Source: Bigelowiella natans CCMP2755 (taxonomy: Eukaryota; Protista; Cercozoa). From it: 64,000 nt of DNA. The DNA lies in assembly GCA_000320545.1 (NCBI GenBank), contig ADNK01000501.1, positions 1 to 64,000 on the forward strand, read 5' to 3'. Below, one piece after another: positions 52,328 through 64,000 of the stretch (position 1 is its first letter; every line of letters starts with the position of its first letter). The translations under genes and the position numbers were made by a program. Below the pieces are notes generated by a model. The model saw only the letters and a list, made by a program, of their open reading frames with translations. It was not told the origin of the DNA and searched no databases.

Positions 52328-53910
52328 AACAGACAGACACATAGAGAGAGAGGGAGAGAGTCCTCTTACAGAGTAGAAGGAGTTCGTTCCCTTGAGCTCT
52401 TGGGCTGCCGCCTTCGCGGAGAAGTCTAAATTAGCAGCTACTCCACCGTAAAGGTAGCGATTACCGATTGTTGGATCGGTTGCCAGCTTGAATAGCATGC
52501 CCTCGGCAACAACTATTTGAATACAATGGGAAAAGAGATCGTAAGCTGACAGTACGTCTCTACTTTATTTGATAACCTTCATGCACACATACACACACAC
52601 TTTACAACTACGATGGATATGTATTTCAGCAATATCGACGACTTACATTTCGTGCCGCCTGCTTTGCCACCGGCGTTTATCGGGGGGAGCTTACGAGGTT
52701 GGGCAGTGGAATCACCACCATCATCCTCAGTCTTTACTCCTACGAGGAACAGGAGACAAAAGGTAAATGTCCAGAAATCAAAACATGATAGTAGAAAGAA
52801 ATTAATCGATACACACGAATATTTAATTTGAACTACAAAGCCACTCTACTTTATCACCCGTCCATTCAGCGAAGGATTCGTCGACAATTAGAGCAGCTAT
52901 CCGTCTCACACTCTCGTCCATCCTATCTTTCATCGCCGCCAGCTGCTGCATTCGATCCCGAACAGATTCCGTCTCAACGATTGCTTGGAACTCTGATGCC
53001 CAAATTGCAGGACCCAAATCGATACTGATCGCAGCACGTGTGCATACTCAAGATATTTATAACGCAAGTGTAAAAGCTTCGATTATCACCGCCCACCACG
53101 AAAACCACGACGATCGTCATAACTATTACCATCATATTATCATAAGTTATAGTGACTGTCGGTATCTGTTGAATGCACTAACCCTTTGGAAGACTCGGTA
53201 GGACGTGTTGCCTTGTCGTTGCTATTGACCGAAGATTGCTGCCGCTGCTGCATAATAGCAAGATACTGTCAGTGTTACACTAAACCAAGTTGATGGAATC
53301 CTTACTTTCTTAGATTCGTCGCCACTAACATGATCTTCGTCGCTGCCATTCGCAACCAGCACCGCTTGTCTGTATCCTGTATCTGAGCAGTGATTGGTTA
53401 CGATCATTTACATACGCAGCAAAAACGTGCTTCTCAACCTTCCTGCTCTTGAGTATCCATGGAAGGAAAATAGGGGTATAGATACGAGGAGTCATTCACT
53501 ACTTCGTCGTATCCCTCTTCTCCCTCTTCCTCCTTCTCCTCCCGCTCCTTCTCCTCCCGCTCCTTCTCTCCATCTAACCCTCGGAAAGCATAGGCGTACA
53601 AAGAAGCCATATATTGTGTGGGGATATTTTGGTTGTCGCAGGGGGGAAATGGCATGTATTCCCTACCACAATAAGTATTTTTATGTGAGCAGCTTCCGAC
53701 CCGAAATGTGTAGCTGACTAACATAAAATAGAAGTAATTTTCGATCTGCGACCAGGTATAAGCGAATGTCGTATCGTTCACTTTCCCAGACTTTAGGTCA
53801 TGTCGTATCGAAAGAACCGCATCTGATTCTTCTACATTCAACAGTTTCGTGTGCGTTTCTGTGTCGGAGCGAAATCGGTCTTCCAGAAGCTGCGTTTCAC
53901 ATCCCCACCC
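47938..53910 (-). CDS. Clu-domain protein with C-terminal leucine-rich repeats; 5' boundary approximate
   Basis: Clu motifs: GGKAGGTK, LFKLATD...AKAAAQELKG, VPLQTIVDYRGFRLVAMP, LIYGSNDAG, GGDVEGH, YLLDLGRWAPPE, LRPE, LSSDTFS, LMHKHGI. C-terminal LRRs: LTRLDLSFN, LSYINLSNN, LENLYLSHN, MKVLAIRNN, LEELWAAFN. Confidence 0.85.
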
Positions 53911-54158
53911 AAATCTCTCTGTCTATGGTTGGCCCTCCTTTTCATTGATTCTCCAGTGCTCGTGGACGATCTCGAAGTTGGGTCCACAAATTCATCGTGA
54001 TGCAGTGGCAGAAGAAGAAACCCTTTGCTTCCGGTATGGGTAGAAATGTTGATCACCTATGTTGTCATCGCCTGCATGAACATCTATCCTTCAAATCCTT
54101 CATACGTCTCAAAATAGATACACTGGACAATTTTCTGAAGAAGAAGCCTAGCTCAAGT

Positions 54159-55086
54159 ATGGTCAATATTAGACGGCACACAGACTACGCAGGTAAACCT
54201 GAAAGGATAATGGAGTTAGAGAACATCGATACAACGTTTGATATACTGACGAAACTACCTGCAGATCTCATCCCTCGAAGAGGCTTTAACACCGTCGCAA
54301 CGAGGCACAACAACCCAAAAATTAACCTCATCCAAAGACCAGAGGATATTATTGCTGCAATGAAGTCTGTGGAACGTTTCAATGCTGCAACAAGTAATGG
54401 GCCCCGCAAAAAATCATCGAAAGTGCAGAACAGGCTTATAAGATCTAGCCCTACACCACCACGACTTCCATCTCCTATCAAACTGAAATGCCCGGCAAGG
54501 AAATCACCAAAATCTGTAAAGGATAGTCGAGCAGCTTCGTCTCAACAGTTTAATCCCAACCTCCGAGAGTTTCAACCAGAAAAAGAACGCAAATCGGTAA
54601 GATACGACAACGGCGCATATGCACATCCCACTCTTTTGGAACTTGCGACCAATTATTTTTTTGGTTATATTACAAAACCTTCAGAAAAAGGGAGCAGAAC
54701 TTTCCCGTGCACGGCAACGAATTCAAGAGCTGGAAGTTGCTCTCTCAGCTGCCAAGCTGGAAAACTTAAGGCTATCCAAAAATGGAGACTCGCAATCGAA
54801 ATTAGAAGAGAAGCGTGCGTATCATTACGTAGGTAATGATTTGCAGGATGCCGCCGAAAGGGGTAGTCCGAGGGTTCCCGAAAGTGTGTGGATAGATGAT
54901 TCCACTCTGGACAGTATTCGCGATGGTACCCAGACTGCTCGCTCCGCTAGAATTTTTACAGTCGAGGACTCGACACGGCAAGTAGAAGAGGTTAAGAACG
55001 AAGCACAAACAAGGAACGTAGGTTTCTCTGGAAAACTTCACAAATGGATGGATAACCTGCGCAAAATCACTGATAAAAGTCAGTAG
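54159..55086 (+). CDS. Hypothetical two-exon protein with a basic region and a coiled coil
   Basis: Long ORF ending near 54598 (gtaaga donor), then an exon with ELSRARQRIQELEVALSAAKLENLRL through stop at 55086. Confidence 0.55.
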
Positions 55087-56900
55087 TTGAGTTTCTCACA
55101 GTTACTAAATTGTTCAGTTCCAATAATTAATCGGCACTGCTTCCCTCCGAATATTTCGCACTTAGACTCTGATACACCGTGGAACAAGGCTTTGGCCGAA
55201 TGTTCAAAGATGATAGGAGCGAAATACGTCATTCTGTACGAATACAACGAGGAGATGAGTAATGAACAATCCCTATTTTCAAAAAAGCATTCATACTTCC
55301 GCACCCATTAATGTCTTCGCCCCCCCCTCCATTCATACGTTTTCACCACCAGACAACTACGAGGCAATTGCCGGGAATGCTCCAATGCGATTAGCGTTGT
55401 CTTACGAGCTGAATGAAGGGCCTGTAGGAGCTTGTGCTAAAACTCAAACGGTCCTTTTGCTGCTTTGGGCTGATTGGAGGGGGGTGGGGATGGTGTTTGT
55501 GTGGGATGAGTATTGATATTCTATTGTTAACATCTCATATTCATACGGTGTTCTATACAGAGTATCAACATTCTGGATATGCGTCGGGATGATCGATTCA
55601 AGAGCCATATGAACTTTTGCGGAAAAATAGTAATATAATGCAGCACCAGCCACAGCAGCTTTGCACTATGTTCGAAATAGGTTAATGTAGAGTTTCCTCG
55701 ATGTTGACGCCGTGAATGGTATTCTTGTGTGTAGGTCCGTGCTATGCTCTGCGTTCCCGTGTCCTCACCAAGGACATCGATGGTCAGGAACGTCCTCCAA
55801 GCAGTAGAAAAGGTGATTCACTTGTCAAGTATGAGGAATAATGATATGGCAATGATGGCTGCAATTGTAACTTTCACGCCTGAATAAGTAAGAAGCCAGA
55901 TATATTCATACATAAACTGCCTGTAGCCAGAATAGACAGCTTCATGGTACTGAAAACTGTTCACTCGATTCAGATTCCAAGTAGCTCCAACTCTCCAAAG
56001 TTTTTCTCGTCAGAAGAGCAGGTGATTGCTTTGCTTGCGAGGAAGAAGAGAAGAGGGTCCGGGAGAAAAGAAAACACATACAAATATCCACTTATTTTAG
56101 AAAGGAAGATGATTCCATTAATTATTATCACTTTATTTACGGTCATGAAGGCGATGTGCGACCTCTTTGCCTGGATAATTGGCGGAGTGAGGGACCGTAT
56201 TAGACTAGAAAATAGTGTGACATCTCTGCAGTCTAAGACCACGGGGTTCTTTGAATCCGTTAAGAATTTACTGGGATCCCAACAGTTACAACAGGCTGCT
56301 CTCAATGTTGTGCGAAAGGTGTGGGAAAAAATATGCGTGTCATAATGCTCCATGGTCCCTCTATTTTTGTGGAGAGTTATCATAAACGCAAATGACGTTT
56401 CCTCGGTTGACTGTTGTTGCTGAGGATTGATTATTTCGATAGCTAGCCGATAAACATTGAATAGTGTGACAAAAATATCATCATTACTAGCCTGATTTAA
56501 GACCTCTTATCTTTCAGACACAAATGCTCTTCGAATCTAGCTACTCACTCTTGTTTCGGGTGGATAAAGAAGCGGTACAATGACTATAGACTATTGATGT
56601 GGTGGCGATGATGATTGCTGTGAAACAACGGATATCAGATGCGGAAAATATGCATCAGTATACGCTACAATGGCTATTCGTTTGATATTGTTATATCTGC
56701 CATCAACTCACAGAAGGAAATTGTGCTCATTGCCCAAAGTTCCGATGAACCGTTATTTATTCCTCAAGGGTTGGTATTTTAGAAGTAGCAATTGAAGAAG
56801 AAGTAGTAGTAGCGGTGGTGGTGATAGAGAAAGTTGCGAGAGGAGTTGCAAATCTCTTCATTTCAGTGACAGCCATCTCTGGAATCCTCAGAAATAACTA
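55083..56900 (-). CDS. Possible hypothetical spliced gene
   Basis: A minus-strand polypyrimidine acceptor near 56030 and several open segments; no family recognised and frames uncertain. Confidence 0.25.
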
Positions 56901-57299
56901 ATATCCTTTTTCTTATCCTTCTCTCGCTACTGCGCTGCTGCTGCCGCTGCTGCTTCTACATCAACTTTGGTACGAAATACAGCTACGCTAAAAGGAAACC
57001 GAGAGACGGGATGAGCCATCAGCGTGTGCCTCTGAGCACGAAATCTCTTGCAACAACTGCTGCTCTTACGGTGATCCTACTAGATAGTCTTGCATAGCAA
57101 GAAGAAGAGGAAGAATAAAATTACGAGACCAACAAACACCTACAAAGTTGGATCGCCTGTGGAAAAAACCTACATGAGGCAGGAGACAGTGGGCTTTGTA
57201 GTTTTTGTGAATAACATCCTTTGCAGTCGGCAGAGCGCAAAACTGGGATACGATATTAGTAATATTTGAAGGCACATCTTCCTCCCTCTCATATGATCC

Positions 57300-58337
57300 C
57301 GATGATCAGGAAACGCAAATCAATATTCGGGACTCAAATCGTGACGCAAGATTCAACGTGCAGGCTGATGAGTAAGAAAGACAATTTTCGCTTCGATGGA
57401 TTTGTTCCTGAGAATACAAAAAGCAATGCTATTTCCTCCCCTCCTTTTCGGAAGGGGAAAGCTTGCTTTGCTCTCTTTTTGGTGGCCCTTTTAGCTACAT
57501 CAGCACTATTTAATCTCCAGCGAAAGGATCCATCGATATTTTTTCTGAAGTTGAATATGCTGTACCGCCTCCTATAGGTATCTTGCTGCCAGCAAATGTC
57601 AACTCGGAGCATGGGGCACGGGGGCGGTAGATATTATTAATGCATTTTTTTAAACGATAATTACCTTAACGGGCAACGAATTTAACGTTGAAATTGCTCT
57701 GCATCAGTGGACAAGTTCATCTGTGAGTGTTTAGGGCGCCAGATGCTACTAAGAATGACCATGTTTGATACTGAATGTGCAATAAAAAGAATAGAGCAGA
57801 AGACTATATTACTTTACCAAAAGCTGATTTTCCTGTTCATCGCAATCGGATCAGGTTCTTATTACACCTGTGATGGATACGACAAACCGAAAGGTGAGTG
57901 TATTTTCATGGAGATTCTTTCTCCTCTCTGCTCACATTCGTCGTTCACTGCTGAAATCGACGATAAATATGTTGTGCAGGAAATACGTGGAGTTCACATC
58001 ATGGGACGAACCACGACGAAACCTTTCTCCAAAAACGACGAGAGTATGTTGGGATCGACTTTCGTTCCTAACCTGCATAAACCCTAGCGAGCGTCTCCTA
58101 TCATTTTCACCTACAGCAAAGAAAATTCTCATAACTGATCGTTCGTGATGCCAATTGACAGAGCAACTGAAGGGGTTTTTAGATCTGATGGCCATCTGCA
58201 TAAATCGCATTAGCCAGACAGAAGAGGAATCAAGCGGTGTTGACCAGGTTGGGAGAAATCTCTATCCGAAATTCTTTTATAAATTTCAACAAACGCTCAC
58301 ATACATATAATTTAAATTATGTGTGTGGGTATGTGTA

Positions 58338-58401
<64 letters not shown>

Positions 58402-58722
58402 TTTGTTTTTGTTGTAATATAGCATAATACATAAATTACATTGATGTCTAATCCTGCTGCCTAATCTAATGAGCTAATTCTTGCTTCCAGAACGTGATGT
58501 CTCTCAAAGATCTCATCAACGAATTCCCGAAAGAGAAGCGACTTCCGGAAATGAAAACGCTCATGGATCAGGTAGATGCCGTATTCCCTTTCAGTGAGCA
58601 TCCGTAATATCTAAACTGATACACCAACATCAGCGCGTGTTAACCTATCGTATTTGGTCTGGTTGCAGGTGATTAAGCTTCAGAAGATCAAGTCGGATTA
58701 CCTCCAGATAATGGATGATTAG
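57300..58722 (+). CDS. Hypothetical spliced protein with an N-terminal transmembrane/signal-anchor segment
   Basis: ACFALFLVALLATSALF hydrophobic stretch. Terminal exons VMSLKDLINEFPKEKRLPEMKTLMDQ and VIKLQKIKSDYLQIMDD*, with GT-AG junctions. Confidence 0.45.
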
Positions 58723-58789
58723 AACTCTCTAAGAATCGAACACCATGGAGCGTTAGAATCTAGATAAACTGGTTGTGGTAGAATACCAC

Positions 58790-59350
58790 TGGATATAATG
58801 CCGCAGCTGAGACGCAACTAGCTTGGTCGCGTGTGTGTGTATATAAGTACATGTACTGCTGCTCACAGGATCAGCCAATACAATTTGTTTGTAGAACGTG
58901 TGTACATGCTAGCATGCACCTGACGTGCCTACACACACGTTGTGGCAACTTTGTTTACTGCACACTCAGCTGGCAGCACGTATGTTCATGCTTTGTTGTG
59001 GCTGTATATGCAATCGTTCCGGCTCGTCATGCTAACATGCACGATGCCACAAGTATTACGTATTGTTGGTATACATAGCTAGATAGCGACTTCAAGTGAT
59101 TCTATTTAAATTACATGTATACCGTATAATCTGATAATAACACACGCTGTTTTCTAGCTTACACCACAGCGAGCTGCTAATAAATAAATATGCATGTACT
59201 CGGCGTGTATATTGCTAATAATGTGACGCACACAACTGCACAGTGTCGGCACTACGCTAATTGACAAAAGTGTATATACACATGATAAAGGGAACATAGC
59301 GACAATGAATGTTTTGCGCGAATTCGTACGTTCACTTTGCATGATCACAC
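58790..59350. repeat. CATG/TGCA/CTAG-rich tract
   Basis: Same signature, downstream of a + strand stop. Confidence 0.6.
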
Positions 59351-59699
59351 TAGTTACTAATAATAATAATAGACCTTAGACACCTATAATGTCCCAGGGC
59401 TGTTGCAATTTAAAGCCATGTAGACTGCAGGAAAAAGAACAATTAACGAAAGGATTTTTAGAAGCGTATCAGAAGAAAACGTCGATTTCTTTGAGATCGA
59501 GAGGGGTTCAAGAGATCCTGCTTTAACCGGCCATGATGCTGTGTAGACTGCCCCTGCGCTCTCTTTTCAAGTGAAAAGATGGTTAAACGGAAACAAGGAG
59601 AAAAATTTTAAAGATTTTTCCTCAGATGGCGCGAGTGATGATGGAGATGACGAAAATAATGATGACTTTATCGAAGAAACCTCTATCGATACTTGCACA

Positions 59700-60128
59700 C
59701 GTTCACACGCATTACTTGATGTTGTTAAAACAGTGAATAAACCTCAAAATCTTCATCGGTACAGAAAAACAGCGATGATGATATGACAGCTTGGCACAAA
59801 ATGGCGCCCATGTGGATAATACACCCAATCTCTCCACCCTGCTGCATTGCGAAGAATTGGCCGACCGACAGGTTATAAGCACAGTACCTTCAGGGATGCA
59901 GGTTTCCATTTTAGAAGAAACTTTGGCCTCGTCATCTGGGGTAGCTTTAGAATTCTTCTTTCCGAACCAGTAGCCATTCTCTGGGTAACACTGCATACAT
60001 GAATATTTGTGAGAGAAAGAAAAGAAGAATTAGAAAAAGAGAACGTCGCAGCGCATTTCTTTTTCATAGTGATTTTGGTGGCTATTTGTTGATGGAAGAG
60101 GGTCTCTCCCCAGATCTCCCCTTGTTAC

Positions 60129-60176
<48 letters not shown>

Positions 60177-62200
60177 GATTTGCGTGCTTACCACGACTTT
60201 TTCTCCTTTCAATTCTGGCTGTTGATGGCCTGTAATTAGAAAAATATAAACACCCGTTAATATAAGCACAGGATGTAGCAGCTAGGAACATAACACCACA
60301 CCATACGCGGCCTTTGGCTGGACTCTTTTGTCTTTGTATTGGACATATTCTTCTCTATACACAGTAGTATTTACTATTGCTACCACTCTACCAAGAGAAG
60401 GCACTTTGTCGATACTGAAAGAATTCTTCTTGACTTTATACTCGGCGATGTAATCATGGCTCTTGCTATTTGCAAACCTCCAATAGGCTAGGCGACATAT
60501 CATTTAGAATAAAATAGAAATCATCATCGTATGACACCCGATTCAGGACGATCTAAGCGAGATGTTCAAGCAGCAACGTCACGCCATCATCATCATCGAT
60601 GGTGAGGAAAACACAGGAATACAGCTTTGCTTTTGAGGGGGAGGGGGAACTATGAACTCGGTTAGCTTTGATCGTTAGTGCTGTGTTATCGTTATTTTTT
60701 GCACGGACTGTCTCTGTCGGATTTATAGTCATAATAGGGCACAGCATAGCCACATGAAAAGCTGACACGATGGATTTCGCCTCGGACCAATCCTGATGTG
60801 TGCGATGAGGAATAACACGTTGATTTGTTGCTCTATGCTGCATGCCCAAACCCAAAATCGTGAAGCTATGGTTGCAGAATATGTATTAGATTTCAGGTTA
60901 TTTTAGAGAAAGCCATTGCTCTTACGCTTATGATGATGTTTGTGCAAAAACTTTAGGTTTGTCAGTCTCATGGAGGGTAGAAGGGGGGGGGGGGGGGGGG
61001 GAAGTATTACCTCGGAATCCGGGACTTTCGACCAAGCTTGGATATTGAGGCAAAGAAACACCGACACCATAGCATTCGCACACGTATCAGCAGCCGTAGG
61101 TGTAAAATTTGAGTTGAAATGTAACAATTTTCATATTCTCTTTCTCAGCAAGCAACGGAACAACACTACATATAGTATGCACTCACTGCTTCGGAAAGTG
61201 CCTCAAGAGCTCCTCAGGCACCTCATCGTGGATGATATATGTTCCCTGATAGCAGCAGACACATCAATTGACTTTTCTTAAAATTGCCATTAAATATGGT
61301 GCTGGAATATAATTTCTCGAAAACAAGAACCTTTGCAAATAGTCTGAGAATGTTCGGAGCACCTAGAGGGAATTGATGGTGATGATGAGAGGGTGGCTTG
61401 TGCTGCAACTGGTTGCTTCCGATATGAGAATTTGAGTGATGACAGCAACAATATAATAAGAACACAGTTAGGGGTGGTGGATACCTTCGCGTAGGAAATG
61501 AACATTATTGTTATTCGACCATTATCCTTCTGCATCAAGTGCGCTGCAGTCTCGCTTCCACTACCTGTCGTATAAGTGAAAATTGCATCGGATGATGACA
61601 TCACGTAATTGTCATCTGGGATTTTTTGCATTTTTCTGACGTGTATCACCAGTTAAGTCAAGGTATACGAAGGTTTTCGGGTCCAGGAGCAAGAAACAAT
61701 CGTAGCCTTTTGGACTGTAGAAACACATATGCAGCGATGATGCTTTTCAGGTCAATTTTTTCTCTAATCACAGTTGCACCGACCTGATATTCACGTGCCC
61801 GTCCTTGTCAAGATTGGCCGTTCCGACGAAAAACATCTAAACTCGAATGAAGTAGAGGGAAATTGCATATTGGAACCAGTCAGGAAGGCCCCATCACCTA
61901 CATGCTAGTCGCAGTTGTTCATCCTTCCATCCGATGCTGCTGTGTGCCTACCACTTACTACCTTCTGGCGCTGTATGAACTTCACTTGAGCTGGGGGAAC
62001 CTGTCGATATGCCTTGCCCATGGTAGCTGAGTTCTGACTATTTTATCCCAAGGCAGGTTTCGTTTGTAGTTGGTGGTTATTAGTTTCTTTCGGGTCCACG
62101 GAGAGGAAATCGGCGCTCAGGAGAGGACGAAGGAGAGCAATTGTGCCACAGTCTCTTTCTATTTCTTCCCTACGACAACGTATTCCGCCCTAAAATGTTG
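59700..62200 (-). CDS. Possible hypothetical multi-exon protein
   Basis: Coding-like minus-strand segments (DDNYVMSSSDAIFTYTTGSG, HDYIAEYKVKKNSFSIDKVP, CYPENGYWFGKK) separated by microsatellite-containing introns. Confidence 0.35.
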
Positions 62201-62344
62201 TAAATGGAATCTGCTTTTGGTTCCTTTCAGTAGCTAAGGAATGTGGCGTTTAGGTGCTGCGACAACAGGAACAAATAGGTCGCAGGTTAAATTCTGCTGG
62301 ACGTTGAAGAAATCCTGAGAAAGCGCATCTCCCGACTACCGTCC

Positions 62345-63080
62345 ATGGTAAGCACATCACATGTTACTAGCTGTTTAGATCATTTCTCGGAGGTGTCCAA
62401 GAATTCGTCACATGGCATATCCAGTGATCCTTTCAGATGCCCCTGTGAAAACACCTCATGCACTCATTCATGCATGAATGCGGTACACAATGGTGGTTGT
62501 GCATTTGAACACGACGTCATTCGATCTAGCTTGCTAGCTAGCAACAGATTGCAACCTGATCGAAGGCTGCCATTCTAGCATGCCGCGCTCTAGCGCTGCA
62601 CGTGTGTGTCGTAAACGCTACGCAAGCAAAGACGGCATCATTGGTGTACGCCGCAAGGATTTCTAGATGTAACGCAAGCCACATGCGCATGTCTAACTAT
62701 TCTGGTAATCTAGTAATGTGCTGCGAGGCAAAAAAAAGGTCAATCGGCACTGGCTAGCTGGGGATGCATGCTAGCATGGCATCGCGGACATTAATTGCTT
62801 CGTGTCAACTGTGAAGCTTGTATGCAATGAATCATCCTCATCACGAGTCAAACTAGCTAAATGTGAGAAGTGTTTCAGATGTGCCGAACGCGCAACATGC
62901 ACATAACCTGCATGTAACACAAACTCCTGAATTAGTAATTACATGTTAATATTGGAAGGTGATTATCAATGAAACGCACAGCAAGTACTACTTTGTTTAG
63001 ATACGTGCAGTTGCAGATGTAGAAGTAGCATGTTGCAGCATGTCCGAGCCCATCTAGCCATCTCTGTAAAATATCGCTGG
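62345..63080. repeat. CTAG/CATG/TGCA-rich tract
   Basis: ctagcttgctagctagc, gcatgcatgctagcatgg and similar words. Confidence 0.65.
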
Positions 63081-64000
63081 CGCCACCCTCAATTATAATT
63101 GAACAATTCCGAGTCGTTCACCTAAGAATGATGGACATCTTAATTAAATATCATTGAAATGCGCCATTTTTTGCCAATTGAACAAGAGCATTTCAACTTT
63201 GCAACGGTGTATAGGAAAGAAAACCGGAAGTAACCATTTCATCACAATGTATCTAGTTGTACATAATGCCGCACATACGCGAATAGTCGATGAGGATCGT
63301 CTTTCCAGCGAACATCTTTATCCTGTTTTAACAGAATTATGCACAATTAGATGCCCCATAGCACATGATATAGACTGATAGCTTCAAGCTAATTACAAAC
63401 TGTATTCTCTCTCCTTCTCGCTGTTCTTTTGTACCCTACGAACCCCACAGCGCCTCTAAAGGTCTGTGGCTGCTGCTGTTGTTGTTGCTGCTGCTGCCTG
63501 CGGTCTTTATCATCGTTCTTTGGTCCCGCCCCAAGTCCAACATAGACAGTTTTCTGTTGAATACAATACCATCTTATTTAAAAAATATATCCGCATAGCT
63601 TCTCGCCGAATCCTTCCGATTATACGATAAGAAGGTCAACGGCAGGAAAGATCAATTATGTAAGGAATCCTAAATCAGTCAATGCAAAGCTCTGGGACTG
63701 CTGCTACTCATTTTCTACTGGTAGTACGAAAGCTCTTTTAAAAAGGCAACTTGCGTTCGGAAAAATCAGTGCCACTACATTTCCAAGGAAGAGAGGTCCG
63801 ATAGAAATATTAGCAGCCTACGAAATAGTATTTAGTATTATGGAACTAGTTACAGAGTTAGTGGGTGGATGAGGAATGCTTTTAGCTACTACCAACGGAA
63901 TAGAAGGACATCGTCCTGCCCCAGAATCGAAGCCAATCCATTTCTGACAACAGCAACGACAACAACGACGACGACGACGATGAAACAACAAGGAGAATAT

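Noticed and set aside
55944-56345. 133-aa + strand ORF
   Set aside because: Splice phases did not fit on +, and a strong acceptor lies on the minus strand; left unresolved.
1-64000. rRNA, tRNA, telomeric repeats, intact transposase/RT, or prokaryotic contamination
   Set aside because: None recognised by eye; spliceosomal introns occur throughout. tRNAscan-SE or Infernal would be needed to exclude small RNAs.
63400-64000. Possible 3' exons of a gene entering from the right edge
   Set aside because: Splice-like signals are present but I found no frame I could support.

Overview
Eukaryotic nuclear DNA with many short GT-AG introns and abundant microsatellites. It is most likely from a chlorarachniophyte alga (Rhizaria). 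That is an inference from two features: signal peptide plus transit peptide leaders on thylakoid proteins, and extra residues at polyubiquitin junctions. Recognisable genes, in order: a multi-exon ankyrin-repeat gene whose 3' end is also present as an inverted copy at the window start, plastid-targeted ZKT/MET1 (PDZ-TPR), intronless PPL1 (PsbP-like), a long OPR/RAP-like repeat gene, an intronless divergent tri-ubiquitin with SGE linkers, UNC119, MANF/ARMET, SUV3 helicase and a Clu-domain-LRR fusion. Several hypothetical genes lie between them. The most unusual signals are four. (1) The ubiquitin paralogue array is about 78% identical to canonical ubiquitin, yet its units are nearly identical to each other, and an acidic tail is hidden in the +1 frame. 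(2) CTAG/CATG/TGCA-rich tracts recur downstream of gene 3' ends and look like C-to-T hypermutated relics, including a fold-back/MITE family and a relic ORF. (3) An inverted duplication encloses a 4.3-kb gene. (4) The Clu-LRR architecture. I saw no rRNA, tRNA or CRISPR. Exon boundaries were read by eye and are approximate unless stated.
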